Assembly (NCBI GenBank): GCA_050248615.1
Contig: JBFWSA010000025.1
Location: forward strand, 1 to 31,848
Direction of reading: 5' to 3'
Origin: Simkaniaceae bacterium
GTDB taxonomy: Bacteria > Chlamydiota > Chlamydiia > Chlamydiales > Simkaniaceae
DNA: 31,848 bases
How positions within the stretch are numbered: the stretch's first letter is position 1; every line of letters starts with the position of its first letter. This document shows positions 18,040 to 26,433 of this stretch, one piece after another. The notes under the pieces are model-generated. The model saw nothing but the letters and a program-made list of their open reading frames with translations, had not been told where the DNA came from and made no database searches. The position numbers and the translations under genes are program-made.

Positions 18040-18890
18040 TCAACTAATGTTAAGAGTTCTTCTTCAAAACAGTGTAACAGATCGGGATGATTTTTCTCGA
18101 GGTAGTGATGAAAATGGCGGGTAATCCGAATCATTTCTGGTTGGTAGATGGTGGGATCTTTTTCGGTTTCATCCGCAATAAAACGCCCAAAGTCGATTTG
18201 AAAAGGTGCACTACCTATAAAGCCAAAATTCGTGCTAAAGTCGGGGTCTTTATCAAAAATGCCTTGTTGACACCGCTGCAAAGCTAAACGGAGGAGGTTT
18301 TTGATTCCTTGTTTGGCTTTTTCGATTTCCCCTTTTTCCATCCATGCATCAATTGCTTGATAGGCAAGGGTTCCCTTCCGCTGAATGAGAAAGGGGATTT
18401 GATCGAGGTGGATCACATGTTTTTTTCCGATTTTATCGATCAGGGTGACTTGGGTATGCAGGTGGTCTGTGGGAGCTAAGTGGATGTAGAGAAGGGCTGT
18501 TTCTTCTCGAAAGAAATCATACGCAAGGGAAATGCTGCTAAAGGTCCTTTCTAAAACCTGTCGTTTTTTCTCCCGTTTGGCTTCTAAATAGGGGAAAGAG
18601 GGGAGATATTCCAACCAGGGGGGAATACGCATATGTTGGAATTTGAAAAGTTTGAGAACGGTTTGGTTATCTTCGGAGATAAAAACATAGGATTGACTCC
18701 CTGAGCTAAAGTAGCGGTAAGGGGAGGAGATCAATTGAGGATCAAGGGGCTCTATCCGCTCCCACATCCGATGATCCCCTTGGGGAGGATAGACGTTGAC
18801 CATGGCAAACCCATCGGTTGCTTTATGACAGAAACGCTCCACCCAAAAGAATGCTGAAACGATCAAAAAAATCTTGAGTAAAAACCGCAT
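18036..18890 (-). CDS. N-terminally anchored protein with protein-kinase-like motifs (paralogue 4)
   Basis: 284 aa; FSSGSQSYVF, VLKLFK, DKDPDFSTNFG, IDFG. Confidence 0.72.
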   Translation of the reverse strand: MRFLLKIFLIVSAFFWVERFCHKATDGFAMVNVYPPQGDHRMWERIEPLDPQLISSPYRYFSSGSQSYVFISEDNQTVLKLFKFQHMRIPPWLEYLPSFPYLEAKREKKRQVLERTFSSISLAYDFFREETALLYIHLAPTDHLHTQVTLIDKIGKKHVIHLDQIPFLIQRKGTLAYQAIDAWMEKGEIEKAKQGIKNLLRLALQRCQQGIFDKDPDFSTNFGFIGSAPFQIDFGRFIADETEKDPTIYQPEMIRITRHFHHYLEKNHPDLLHCFEEELLTLVE

Positions 18891-18934
18891 CGTGTTAACC
18901 TGAGCTATCCATTCAGAGGATTAGTTTAGAGGCG

Positions 18935-20440
18935 ATGGCGATTTCTGAAAAGAGAAGAAAGTCTCTCATTCTTTTGGCGATGACGAGTATGACCTCGCTC
19001 ATCTTTTTGAATGCGACCCTCCTTCCCGTGGCACTTCCCACGATTCAAAGGGAACTTGTGGTATCAGTAGTGGGTCTCCAATGGATTATTAATGCCTATC
19101 TTTTGGCAACGGCTGTTTTTGTGATTGCTGGAGGGAGATTAGGAGATCTTTTTGGACACCGGCGCCTGTTTTGTATAGGGGTTTCGATTTATGCGATTGC
19201 TTCGGTGATGGGAGCTTTCGGGCAAACAGGGTGGTGGCTCATTATGAGTCGAGCGATTCAAGGAACCGGGGGAGCGTTGATGTCTCCATCCGGGATGTCG
19301 ATCATTATCCACACATTCTCAGAAAAAGAGCGGGGGCGCGCGATCGGAGTAATGGTGGCTATCGGCTCTTTATTTCTCTCATTGGGCCCATTTATTGGGG
19401 GGGCATTTACGCAGTACTTATCGTGGCGTTGGGCTTTTTTGATCAATCCTCCCATCGCTCTATTAGGGATCCTTTTAACGTTAAGGGTGATTCCCAAGTC
19501 CCAAAAACTTCACGAAACATTTGATTTTCTCGGTTTTTTTACCCTTTCTGCAGGCATTTTTTGTTTAACGCTGGGTCTCATGCAAGGAAAAGTGTGGGGG
19601 TGGGGATCCTGGGAGGTGGTTTTCCTCTTTTTGCTCTCGCTTTGTTTTTTTATCGCGGTCAGGGGATTTGAGGGGATGGCACGTCACCCCTTTTTCCAAT
19701 TCCGCCTCTTTAAAAATCGGGTCTTTTGGGGAGGATCACTCCTCATTTTATGTGCCCAATTTATCTTGATGATTACCGTTTTTTGGCCCCTCTATTTTCA
19801 GAAAGTCCTGATGGATTCTCCTCTCATTGCAGGTTTGATCACAGCCATTGGAACGATTCCTTTAATGCTTTTTGCTCCACTGAGTGGACATTTAGCCGAT
19901 AAGAGAGGGGCTCGGCTGCCGATTTCCATCGGATTTACCTGTTTAGTCCTCTGTTTTATTTGGTTTTCCTATTTTCTGTTTCACCATCATGTTCCCCTCC
20001 TTTTCCCAGCCCTTTTTGCTTTTGGTGCGGGGATCTCGATGGTGATGACACCGGTGAGTTCTGCAACCCTGAGTGCTGTCCCTCCCACAAAAACGGGGGT
20101 GGCGACAGGGATGTATAATACGTTACGCTTTACGGGTGCAACGATTGGGGTTGCCGTTCTGGGGGCGATCCAAGTGAATGTTCAGGATGATCTTTTTAGT
20201 GAGAGCCTCAAGAAAAATGGGGCTACAGCAACCCTCGACCCGAGTGTTTTCGAGGGGTTACTCAATGGACTTCCCCACTCTCTTGAAGCAGCAAAAGCCC
20301 TTTCAGCAGACTCTCTAGCCTATGTGAAGGGGGCTTTGATTGAAGCTTCGACAGTCGCCTTTTCTCTGACAAATAGTGTGACGGGGGTTGTTGCTCTCTT
20401 AGCCCTGGTGATTACCCGCATTGCCTTTAAAAAAACCTAA
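18935..20440 (+). CDS. MFS drug:H+ antiporter, DHA2 (EmrB/QacA) family
   Basis: VALPTIQ, WIINAYLL, GGRLGDLFGHRR (motif A), GPFIGG, SWRWAFLINPPI; about 14 hydrophobic segments. Confidence 0.92.
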   Translation: MAISEKRRKSLILLAMTSMTSLIFLNATLLPVALPTIQRELVVSVVGLQWIINAYLLATAVFVIAGGRLGDLFGHRRLFCIGVSIYAIASVMGAFGQTGWWLIMSRAIQGTGGALMSPSGMSIIIHTFSEKERGRAIGVMVAIGSLFLSLGPFIGGAFTQYLSWRWAFLINPPIALLGILLTLRVIPKSQKLHETFDFLGFFTLSAGIFCLTLGLMQGKVWGWGSWEVVFLFLLSLCFFIAVRGFEGMARHPFFQFRLFKNRVFWGGSLLILCAQFILMITVFWPLYFQKVLMDSPLIAGLITAIGTIPLMLFAPLSGHLADKRGARLPISIGFTCLVLCFIWFSYFLFHHHVPLLFPALFAFGAGISMVMTPVSSATLSAVPPTKTGVATGMYNTLRFTGATIGVAVLGAIQVNVQDDLFSESLKKNGATATLDPSVFEGLLNGLPHSLEAAKALSADSLAYVKGALIEASTVAFSLTNSVTGVVALLALVITRIAFKKT

Positions 20441-20604
20441 TACCAATTTCCACAAATAAAATTACAAATTCATCTTGATCTTTTTTCGGAAAACTACACT
20501 TTTAATCTCACTAACCCTCATAGGGTTAGTATCGATTTCCAAGCGTAGTTTTGCATAAAAAATCTGCAAGCCAATTTGTAATTTTAATTTTTACAATTGG
20601 TATA
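20440..20604. repeat. ~165-bp imperfect palindrome (MITE/ERIC-like)
   Basis: Nested arms ataccaatt/aattggtat, taaaattacaaatt/aatttgtaatttta, aaaactac/gtagtttt and actaaccct/agggttagt. Confidence 0.8.
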
Positions 20605-20728
20605 ACCCACTCATTATTAACCTTGTTATTTTTAAATCGACGCACCAAATCGTTAAATCTTGATTTGGTGCGCCGATTTTCAATCTTATTTCGCTGCACC
20701 AAACAACATCTAAAGTTGTTTGGCTATA
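20601..20728. repeat. 128-bp TATA-bounded structured element related to the 35-bp palindromes
   Basis: tataacc...ggctata ends; internal IR aaatcgacgcaccaaatc/gatttggtgcgccgattt; terminal hairpin ccaaacaac/gttgtttgg. Confidence 0.7.
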
Positions 20729-20773
20729 AAAATCTGTAATCTGATAAGGAAGGGGGTAGGAGGCTTGAGATAA

Positions 20774-21601
20774 GTGAAGCTGTGGATCTGTTTATTTTTA
20801 GGGTTAATGACTTATGGGCAAGGGGAGCCAATTGTTCCCGTGCATTCCCCTAGTGACGGAGAGGTGCGGATCGTCCCGGTTAGACCGAGTCCTGAGCCGA
20901 GTACGACGTTACTAAAGATCATATTTCCTCGCCCTTTTGAGAATAAGCGTAAGTCTCCTGTGAATGTCCAGTTACGGATTGAGGGATTCCCCTTAGGAAC
21001 GATCACACAAAATGATCGGGCCGCGGAAATCTACAATGACCCTCAAGGACAAGCGGTTCATGTGATTATCGATAACGAGCCCTACCTGATCTATAACCAA
21101 TCAGTTGAAGACTCTTTTGATGAGAATCGAGAATATTATGACAAGATCTTAACGTTTCATATTCCTTTTGTATTAAAACCGGGACAGCATGTAATTCGGT
21201 GTTTTCCTGCCCGTTCTTACGGGGAGAGTTTAAAAGGAGAGGGGTGTTTTGCCTCTGAAGTCTTTTATTTTCAAGACCGCAATCAAGCAGATAGCATGAA
21301 TATGAATCTGCAAAAACCCTATTTAACTTACAATGAACCGCAAGGGCGTTATCCTGCCTATAAATCGGATCCTCTTCTTCTCGATTTTTATATCTCTAAC
21401 TGTCAGCTTTCTGCTGATGGGTATAAAGTGCGCATTAGTATTGACGGGAAGGTTATCCGGATGTTGACTCAATGGGTTCCTTATTATCTTTATGGTTTAG
21501 GAAGTGGAAAACATAAGATTAAGCTCGAACTCCTTGATAAAGATAATCATGTCGTTCCTGGATTTTTCAACATCGTTGAACGCGAGATTGAATTAGAGTA
21601 G
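20774..21601 (+). CDS. Exported hypothetical protein with two small beta-rich (DUF4399/Ig-like) domains
   Basis: GTG start and signal peptide; repeated pattern HVIIDNEPY...LKPGQHVI and RISIDGK...LGSGKHKIKLEL. Confidence 0.7.
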   Translation: MKLWICLFLGLMTYGQGEPIVPVHSPSDGEVRIVPVRPSPEPSTTLLKIIFPRPFENKRKSPVNVQLRIEGFPLGTITQNDRAAEIYNDPQGQAVHVIIDNEPYLIYNQSVEDSFDENREYYDKILTFHIPFVLKPGQHVIRCFPARSYGESLKGEGCFASEVFYFQDRNQADSMNMNLQKPYLTYNEPQGRYPAYKSDPLLLDFYISNCQLSADGYKVRISIDGKVIRMLTQWVPYYLYGLGSGKHKIKLELLDKDNHVVPGFFNIVEREIELE

Positions 21602-21614
21602 ATTAACTCTAATT
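21591..21614 (+). terminator. Possible terminator hairpin spanning the stop of 20774..21601
   Basis: aattagagt-agatta-actctaatt followed by T-rich sequence; the stem is AT-rich and weak. Confidence 0.35.
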
Positions 21615-21651
21615 GATTTATTTTAAATGTGTTAAAACTTAATAATAAAAA

Positions 21652-21681
21652 TTGAAAATAAAATCAAAAGCGATTCATAAT
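21652..21681 (+). promoter_or_regulatory. Putative sigma66-type promoter
   Basis: TTGAAA-N18-CATAAT upstream of ATG 21749. Confidence 0.45.
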
Positions 21682-21748
21682 GACTAAAGGGGGCACTAGC
21701 GCGAGGGGACTCTCTCCTCATAAGATCGGGCTATAGATATAGGGATAT

Positions 21749-23911
21749 ATGGCAAAGAAACCCAAAGATGATGAAATGACCATCATGGATGCTGTGGATA
21801 ACCTTTCTGGTATGGCCGAATTAGATATTGAGGTCGAAAAAGAGGGGGAATCTCGGGGTGTCAAGAAGGACTTGCATCAGTTGATGAGCTTAAAGCCTGA
21901 AGAGAAAGAGCAAACCCTTTCTACTGTGAAGGGGACCTTTAAAACCGTTCATAAATACTTGCAACACGTTTATCAGAAAGATAAAGAGCAGCTGAAAGAC
22001 ATGGATATGCAGCGGGGGATTAAAGCGATCATGGTTTTGGCTGATGAGGCGGCGGATAAGCTCGATAAATGTACCTCTCTTTTCAAACATACCTATGAAG
22101 AGGGGACGCTGACAGAGATCAAAGAGTATAAGGATCTCCGCAGTTTTTATATGAATAAGATTGTGAAGCGATTCCAAGAGGTTTTAGCTTCTGAAGCGGC
22201 CTGGGAAGAAGAGTGGGGGGCTGAAGAGGAGCAGATTGATATTGAAAAGCTCGGTCTTAAAGACTTAGAAACGGTCAAAAGGGATAAAGAATATGAACTA
22301 TTCTATATCCGAAAAGATGATGGAAGGCCTTTTTTCAATCGGAATTTACTCCGTCATATCAAGCTTGTTAGCGATTTTGATGAGGTGATTAGTGGAGTGG
22401 AAGGGGAAGACCCGTTACTCAAAATCAATATCATGCTCGACAAAGAGGCGCAAGCGGTCGCAGAAAACATCCGGGATGATGTCAAAAATGAGTTGGGCGA
22501 TTTTTTTGCGGATGCTATCCAACACAAGGAAGTGCCCATTGTTGGAGATGTGATCAAGCTGACGATGTCTCTAATGCTCGCCTGCAACCCTCAGAATCTT
22601 ATCCAACATACGATGGGTAAGATGTGTATCCGTTATCTAAAAGACTTTCATGGCTTTTTAAGAGAGATCTTAAGCTCACCCGAATACCACCGTCTGATTA
22701 GCCATTCGATTGAAGAAACCGATAAACTTTCACGGACCCTGATCTATCTGATCCATGCTTATGCTTATGCTTTTTTTACACGGATAGGAAGTCAAAAAGA
22801 GTTTCAAGAATACTACAAAAATTTGGTAAAAAGTGCCTATGATGGGGAACTGCCTCCCCAAAGAAAAGAGATCGAAACCCTCTCGTTTTTCAGTGATATT
22901 ATCGATAATCACGATGTGGTGACGCGCGTTTTAAAAAAATATCCGAGTGGCCCTTTATTTAAAACACTCGATATTTTCCATGAGAGGGATGAAGATGAGG
23001 GGTTTGATCCCATTATGCAGGGGAATCCCCCTTACCACCTCTTCACGTTATCAAGTGAATTGTTCGATGCGAAATGTCTCAAGTTACCTTGTCCTACTTT
23101 TCATGCTCACATCAATAAAGCCAAAGTGATTGAGGAATTCAAGGGGTTCCTGAGGCATATTGAAACAAAAAAAGGGCTTGAAAAACACCTGCTCATTAAT
23201 CTGCAGGATCGCACTTCTTGGGAAGAACATGCACGCTGCCAAGCGCTTGAAGAGCTGGAAAATCAAGCCGAGTTTAACAAGCAACTTGTCATCGTCACTC
23301 TTCCCAAGAAAAGCGACTTTTACTACCAAGCAGATACCTATTTATCGGTAGATTCTGCTGAGGATTTTATCCATCTTTTAGAAGAGCAGGTCAGTAGTGG
23401 GGAAGAGTGTGGATTTTACTTCTCAGGGAAAATTGATAAGAAGAAGCTGGGTGCTTTTGTCAAGGAGGTCATACCCCTCATTTATACCCACTTCTTTGGA
23501 AAAAAATCTCAGCTTGAGCGGAATGAACGCCTCAACTTTATTGAAATTTTCTATATGCTTCTCTGTTTGAAAATTCTCGATCTGACACGACCCGACACCT
23601 TTAGTTTTACCTGTAAAGATGGTGTCGATGTTGGAGCGACGACAAATGCAGCATTTTTAGCTATGATCAAACAGATGAGTCAAAACCCTAAGTGGAACTT
23701 AGAAGAGCAAGACCATTTACTTTGGGTACTAAATGGCCCGGCCCTTTCGGTCAGAGAGCGCCTTGTCGATTACCAGCGCCTCAGTCGGATGCTCAGCGCC
23801 ATGGGAGTATTTTGCGAAGGTTTTGCTAAAGGGCAAGAAAAGCTTAAGAAAGCGTTAGAGTCTCTCTACGAGTACCCTCTCCTGCGCAAGATTCAGTGTA
23901 AAATTATTTAA
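21749..23911 (+). CDS. Hypothetical protein with a C-terminal degenerate CX5R-phosphatase-like motif
   Basis: 720 aa, acidic N-terminus; LLINLQDR, VTLPKKSDFYYQ, FTCKDGVDVG. Confidence 0.75.
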   Translation: MAKKPKDDEMTIMDAVDNLSGMAELDIEVEKEGESRGVKKDLHQLMSLKPEEKEQTLSTVKGTFKTVHKYLQHVYQKDKEQLKDMDMQRGIKAIMVLADEAADKLDKCTSLFKHTYEEGTLTEIKEYKDLRSFYMNKIVKRFQEVLASEAAWEEEWGAEEEQIDIEKLGLKDLETVKRDKEYELFYIRKDDGRPFFNRNLLRHIKLVSDFDEVISGVEGEDPLLKINIMLDKEAQAVAENIRDDVKNELGDFFADAIQHKEVPIVGDVIKLTMSLMLACNPQNLIQHTMGKMCIRYLKDFHGFLREILSSPEYHRLISHSIEETDKLSRTLIYLIHAYAYAFFTRIGSQKEFQEYYKNLVKSAYDGELPPQRKEIETLSFFSDIIDNHDVVTRVLKKYPSGPLFKTLDIFHERDEDEGFDPIMQGNPPYHLFTLSSELFDAKCLKLPCPTFHAHINKAKVIEEFKGFLRHIETKKGLEKHLLINLQDRTSWEEHARCQALEELENQAEFNKQLVIVTLPKKSDFYYQADTYLSVDSAEDFIHLLEEQVSSGEECGFYFSGKIDKKKLGAFVKEVIPLIYTHFFGKKSQLERNERLNFIEIFYMLLCLKILDLTRPDTFSFTCKDGVDVGATTNAAFLAMIKQMSQNPKWNLEEQDHLLWVLNGPALSVRERLVDYQRLSRMLSAMGVFCEGFAKGQEKLKKALESLYEYPLLRKIQCKII

Positions 23912-24474
23912 TTCAGATCTAGGTTTTCGGGGATCATGGAAAGGGTTTTGTATTTTCCTCCCATTTCTCTAAGAAGGGTTTGCCACAGGATCTCTGGAGG
24001 CGTCTCAAAGACATGGTGACTTGAAGCAGGGTGGAGGAACCAGGCGCCATTTAAAAACTCTCGCTCTAAAGCTCCTGAGCTCCATCCTCCATATCCAAAA
24101 CAGAGAAGAGACTGTTGGAAAGAGCCTTCTGCTGCTCCCATTTGAAGGGCATCGATATCTCCATTGAGATAGACCCCAGGGCACACCTCCAAGCTACTTT
24201 CTGTTCCTGTTCCTAAGCTTTGCAAAAGCATGATTTGGTTGGGTTGATTGGGTCCCCCAGAGCGGATTTGAATCGGAGCTTCTTTTAAATCCCCGACTTG
24301 TAAGAGATCATTTTCTAGGTCAACCTCTAGAGGTTTGTTGATGATAAGTCCAAAGGAGCCGACGGGGCTATGATCGCAGAGCAAAACAACACTCCGAAAG
24401 AAGATCCCACTTGTGATGTCGGGACTGGCAATGAGAAATGTCCCTTTTTTTAGCTCTGAATAGGGGACTTTCAT
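23908..24474 (-). CDS. yqgE: YqgE/AlgH family protein (UPF0301, DUF179)
   Basis: FLIASP, FFRSVVLLC, GSFGLIINKP, GGP, GYGGWSSGALERE...GAW, LW. Confidence 0.92.
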   Translation of the reverse strand: MKVPYSELKKGTFLIASPDITSGIFFRSVVLLCDHSPVGSFGLIINKPLEVDLENDLLQVGDLKEAPIQIRSGGPNQPNQIMLLQSLGTGTESSLEVCPGVYLNGDIDALQMGAAEGSFQQSLLCFGYGGWSSGALEREFLNGAWFLHPASSHHVFETPPEILWQTLLREMGGKYKTLSMIPENLDLN

Positions 24475-24516
24475 CAGGACGCACCTCCTCCCCCTCTCTT
24501 AACAGGAAAAGAGATA

Positions 24517-24552
24517 TATACTCAAACAACTTTTGAAGTTGTTTTGAGTATA
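24517..24552. repeat. 36-bp palindromic intergenic repeat, copy 2
   Basis: tatactcaaacaacttttgaagttgttttgagtata, with one extra T in the right arm. Confidence 0.9.
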
Positions 24553-24615
24553 GGAACAAGCGATTACCGCTTCCAGGAATGATAAGCGTGTCGTAAATGT
24601 CCACTCAGGCTGGGA

Positions 24616-25074
24616 TCATTTTGAACTGTTGGTTCGAACAGGTGTCCTAATCTTTAGGTTGATCTCTTTTTGCCCTTGTGGCGTGATGGGTTGATAGGGC
24701 ATGACATCTTGCATATCGGAATCGATAGCCCCTTGTGTCATGTTTGCCCCTAGGTGTTCTTGGGTATTTAAAGGCTGATCGGCGATTAATAAAGCGAGTT
24801 TTCCATTCTTGCTATATTTTGCATAGGTATAGGCATCAGCAGGGTTTTCGGCATAATAGAGACGGCGATCGGGGTTAAGACCCTTTTTGAAGACGTCTTC
24901 ACTTGCTCCAAAATAGCCAATGACATGCTTTCCTTTTGAGCGGAAAACCTCTTCCATTTTGTGCGTTTCTTCCTTAAGTGTTGAGGGAAATTTCCTCTCT
25001 AGTATCTCTAGTGAAACGAGACCTCCTGTAACGAGGGTGACTCCAACAGAAGCTGCTCTGAATAGTCCTGACAT
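24616..25074 (-). CDS. Hypothetical protein, possibly ADP-ribosyltransferase-like fold
   Basis: 152 aa; GGGGA RBS and AT-rich upstream region; short hydrophobic N-terminus; GYFGAS...LYYAENPADAYTYA. Confidence 0.6.
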   Translation of the reverse strand: MSGLFRAASVGVTLVTGGLVSLEILERKFPSTLKEETHKMEEVFRSKGKHVIGYFGASEDVFKKGLNPDRRLYYAENPADAYTYAKYSKNGKLALLIADQPLNTQEHLGANMTQGAIDSDMQDVMPYQPITPQGQKEINLKIRTPVRTNSSK

Positions 25075-25184
25075 AATAATTCCCCATATTATTTTATTAA
25101 TTCACATTAATTATATAATATTTTTTATTATAAATAAACAATATCGTTTGTTATAAAAATGTATGTAATTTACTTTCAGGGAGT

Positions 25185-25219
25185 TATACTCAAACAATTT
25201 TTAAAATTGTTTGAGTATA
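25185..25219. repeat. 35-bp perfect palindromic intergenic repeat, copy 3
   Basis: tatactcaaacaatttt-t-aaaattgtttgagtata; 2 nt after the mlaD stop. Confidence 0.92.
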
Positions 25220-25221
25220 TG

Positions 25222-26433
25222 TTATTGAGCCACTCTTTCTGCTTCTTGGAGCTGCTCATTATAGAGTTTAAGGTTATCATAGAGAGCCTGAGCACGACGC
25301 ATCAGCTCTGCAAAGTCCCTTTGGAATAGCTTGCTTTCGAAGATCTTTTCGCTCTCAGGGCTGTTTTCTGCCCGATCCACAAGCATCGAAAGACGAGACA
25401 TCGAGGTGTTGATCAGATCCACCTCTTGATTGAAGTAGCTGCGGAACGCTTCCGGGGAGTTTAAAGCGTTTAACGCTGTGGCTTGTTTGATGCGAGTGCG
25501 TTGCCACTCTTTATTCAGGTTGAAGAACACGCCATAGTGATTTACATCATTCATGAGGGTGTCTAACTTGCTGAGAATCGCTGTCACGCGCAAGTAGGTG
25601 TCATCATCGACAAAGAGCTTTCCAAGGGTCCCGCGTCCATCAGCCGTTGTTTGCATCAGATGGTCAAAAGCAAAGCTCGCTTTTTTGGCATTTTTAAGGG
25701 TAATGCCCAGATTCGTAAACACATCATCTTCTGTCATTTGTTCGAGTGAGTAATGGACATCTTTCATGGCGAGGGAGAAGTTTTGGACCCCCTCTTTTAC
25801 CTCTTCAACAAGGTGGGTTTGATTGACATGGGCAAGAGCTATAGAAGCCTCTGTCATCGCATCATCAAATGAGCGTATGGCAGCTCCAAGCTCGTGACCA
25901 TTTTGATCGATCCAAGCAATGATTTTATCGAGCGTTTCTTCTACTTTATCGGAGAGCTGCCCCAGTTCATTAAAGGCACTTTCCAAAGGGTCTACAGATT
26001 CCGCGTAAATGGGGGTTTTGGCAGAGATAAGGGTCGGTTTAACCCCTTTGGGTGGAGAGCGAGGAATGATCGCAATTGATTTTTCGCCGAGGAGTCCTGA
26101 AGTTTGTACGGTGATCTCATCGGTATTATAGACCTTAACGCTGGAGTCGATTTTGAGGATGAGTTGATAGAAATAGACTTGTCCGAGCTCATCGGTTGTC
26201 GGTTTGGCACGTGCCCCGGGGATTTGCTGAATCTCCACCACTTCTCCAACGGGTTTTCCTGCAAACATGACACGCGTTCCTACAGAGAGACCGTTGATAT
26301 TGGAGAAGCGGACGACGAGGGTTTCTTTCCCATCACCGACACTCGGCTCCAGGAATAAAATGATTCCTACAATGAGCGCACAAGCCACAACGACAAAGAG
26401 CCCAATGAGCATGTTTTTCATGTAATCAACCAT
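25222..26433 (-). CDS. mlaD: MCE/MlaD family protein with C-terminal helical extension
   Basis: N-terminal TM; FSNINGLSVGTRVMFAGKPVGEV, TSGLLGEKSI; in operon with mlaEF. Confidence 0.88.
   Translation of the reverse strand: MVDYMKNMLIGLFVVVACALIVGIILFLEPSVGDGKETLVVRFSNINGLSVGTRVMFAGKPVGEVVEIQQIPGARAKPTTDELGQVYFYQLILKIDSSVKVYNTDEITVQTSGLLGEKSIAIIPRSPPKGVKPTLISAKTPIYAESVDPLESAFNELGQLSDKVEETLDKIIAWIDQNGHELGAAIRSFDDAMTEASIALAHVNQTHLVEEVKEGVQNFSLAMKDVHYSLEQMTEDDVFTNLGITLKNAKKASFAFDHLMQTTADGRGTLGKLFVDDDTYLRVTAILSKLDTLMNDVNHYGVFFNLNKEWQRTRIKQATALNALNSPEAFRSYFNQEVDLINTSMSRLSMLVDRAENSPESEKIFESKLFQRDFAELMRRAQALYDNLKLYNEQLQEAERVAQ

Noticed and set aside
20551..20739. 62-aa ORF on the + strand
   Set aside because: TTG start, lies within the palindromic elements, no recognisable protein features.
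23897..23911. C-terminal CKII of the 720-aa protein as a CaaX box
   Set aside because: Lys at the a1 position is non-canonical and the end overlaps the convergent yqgE stop. Chance is likely without conservation data.
2648..25219. 35-bp palindromes as CRISPR repeats
   Set aside because: The length is similar, but the copies are dispersed singly with no regular spacers and no cas genes.
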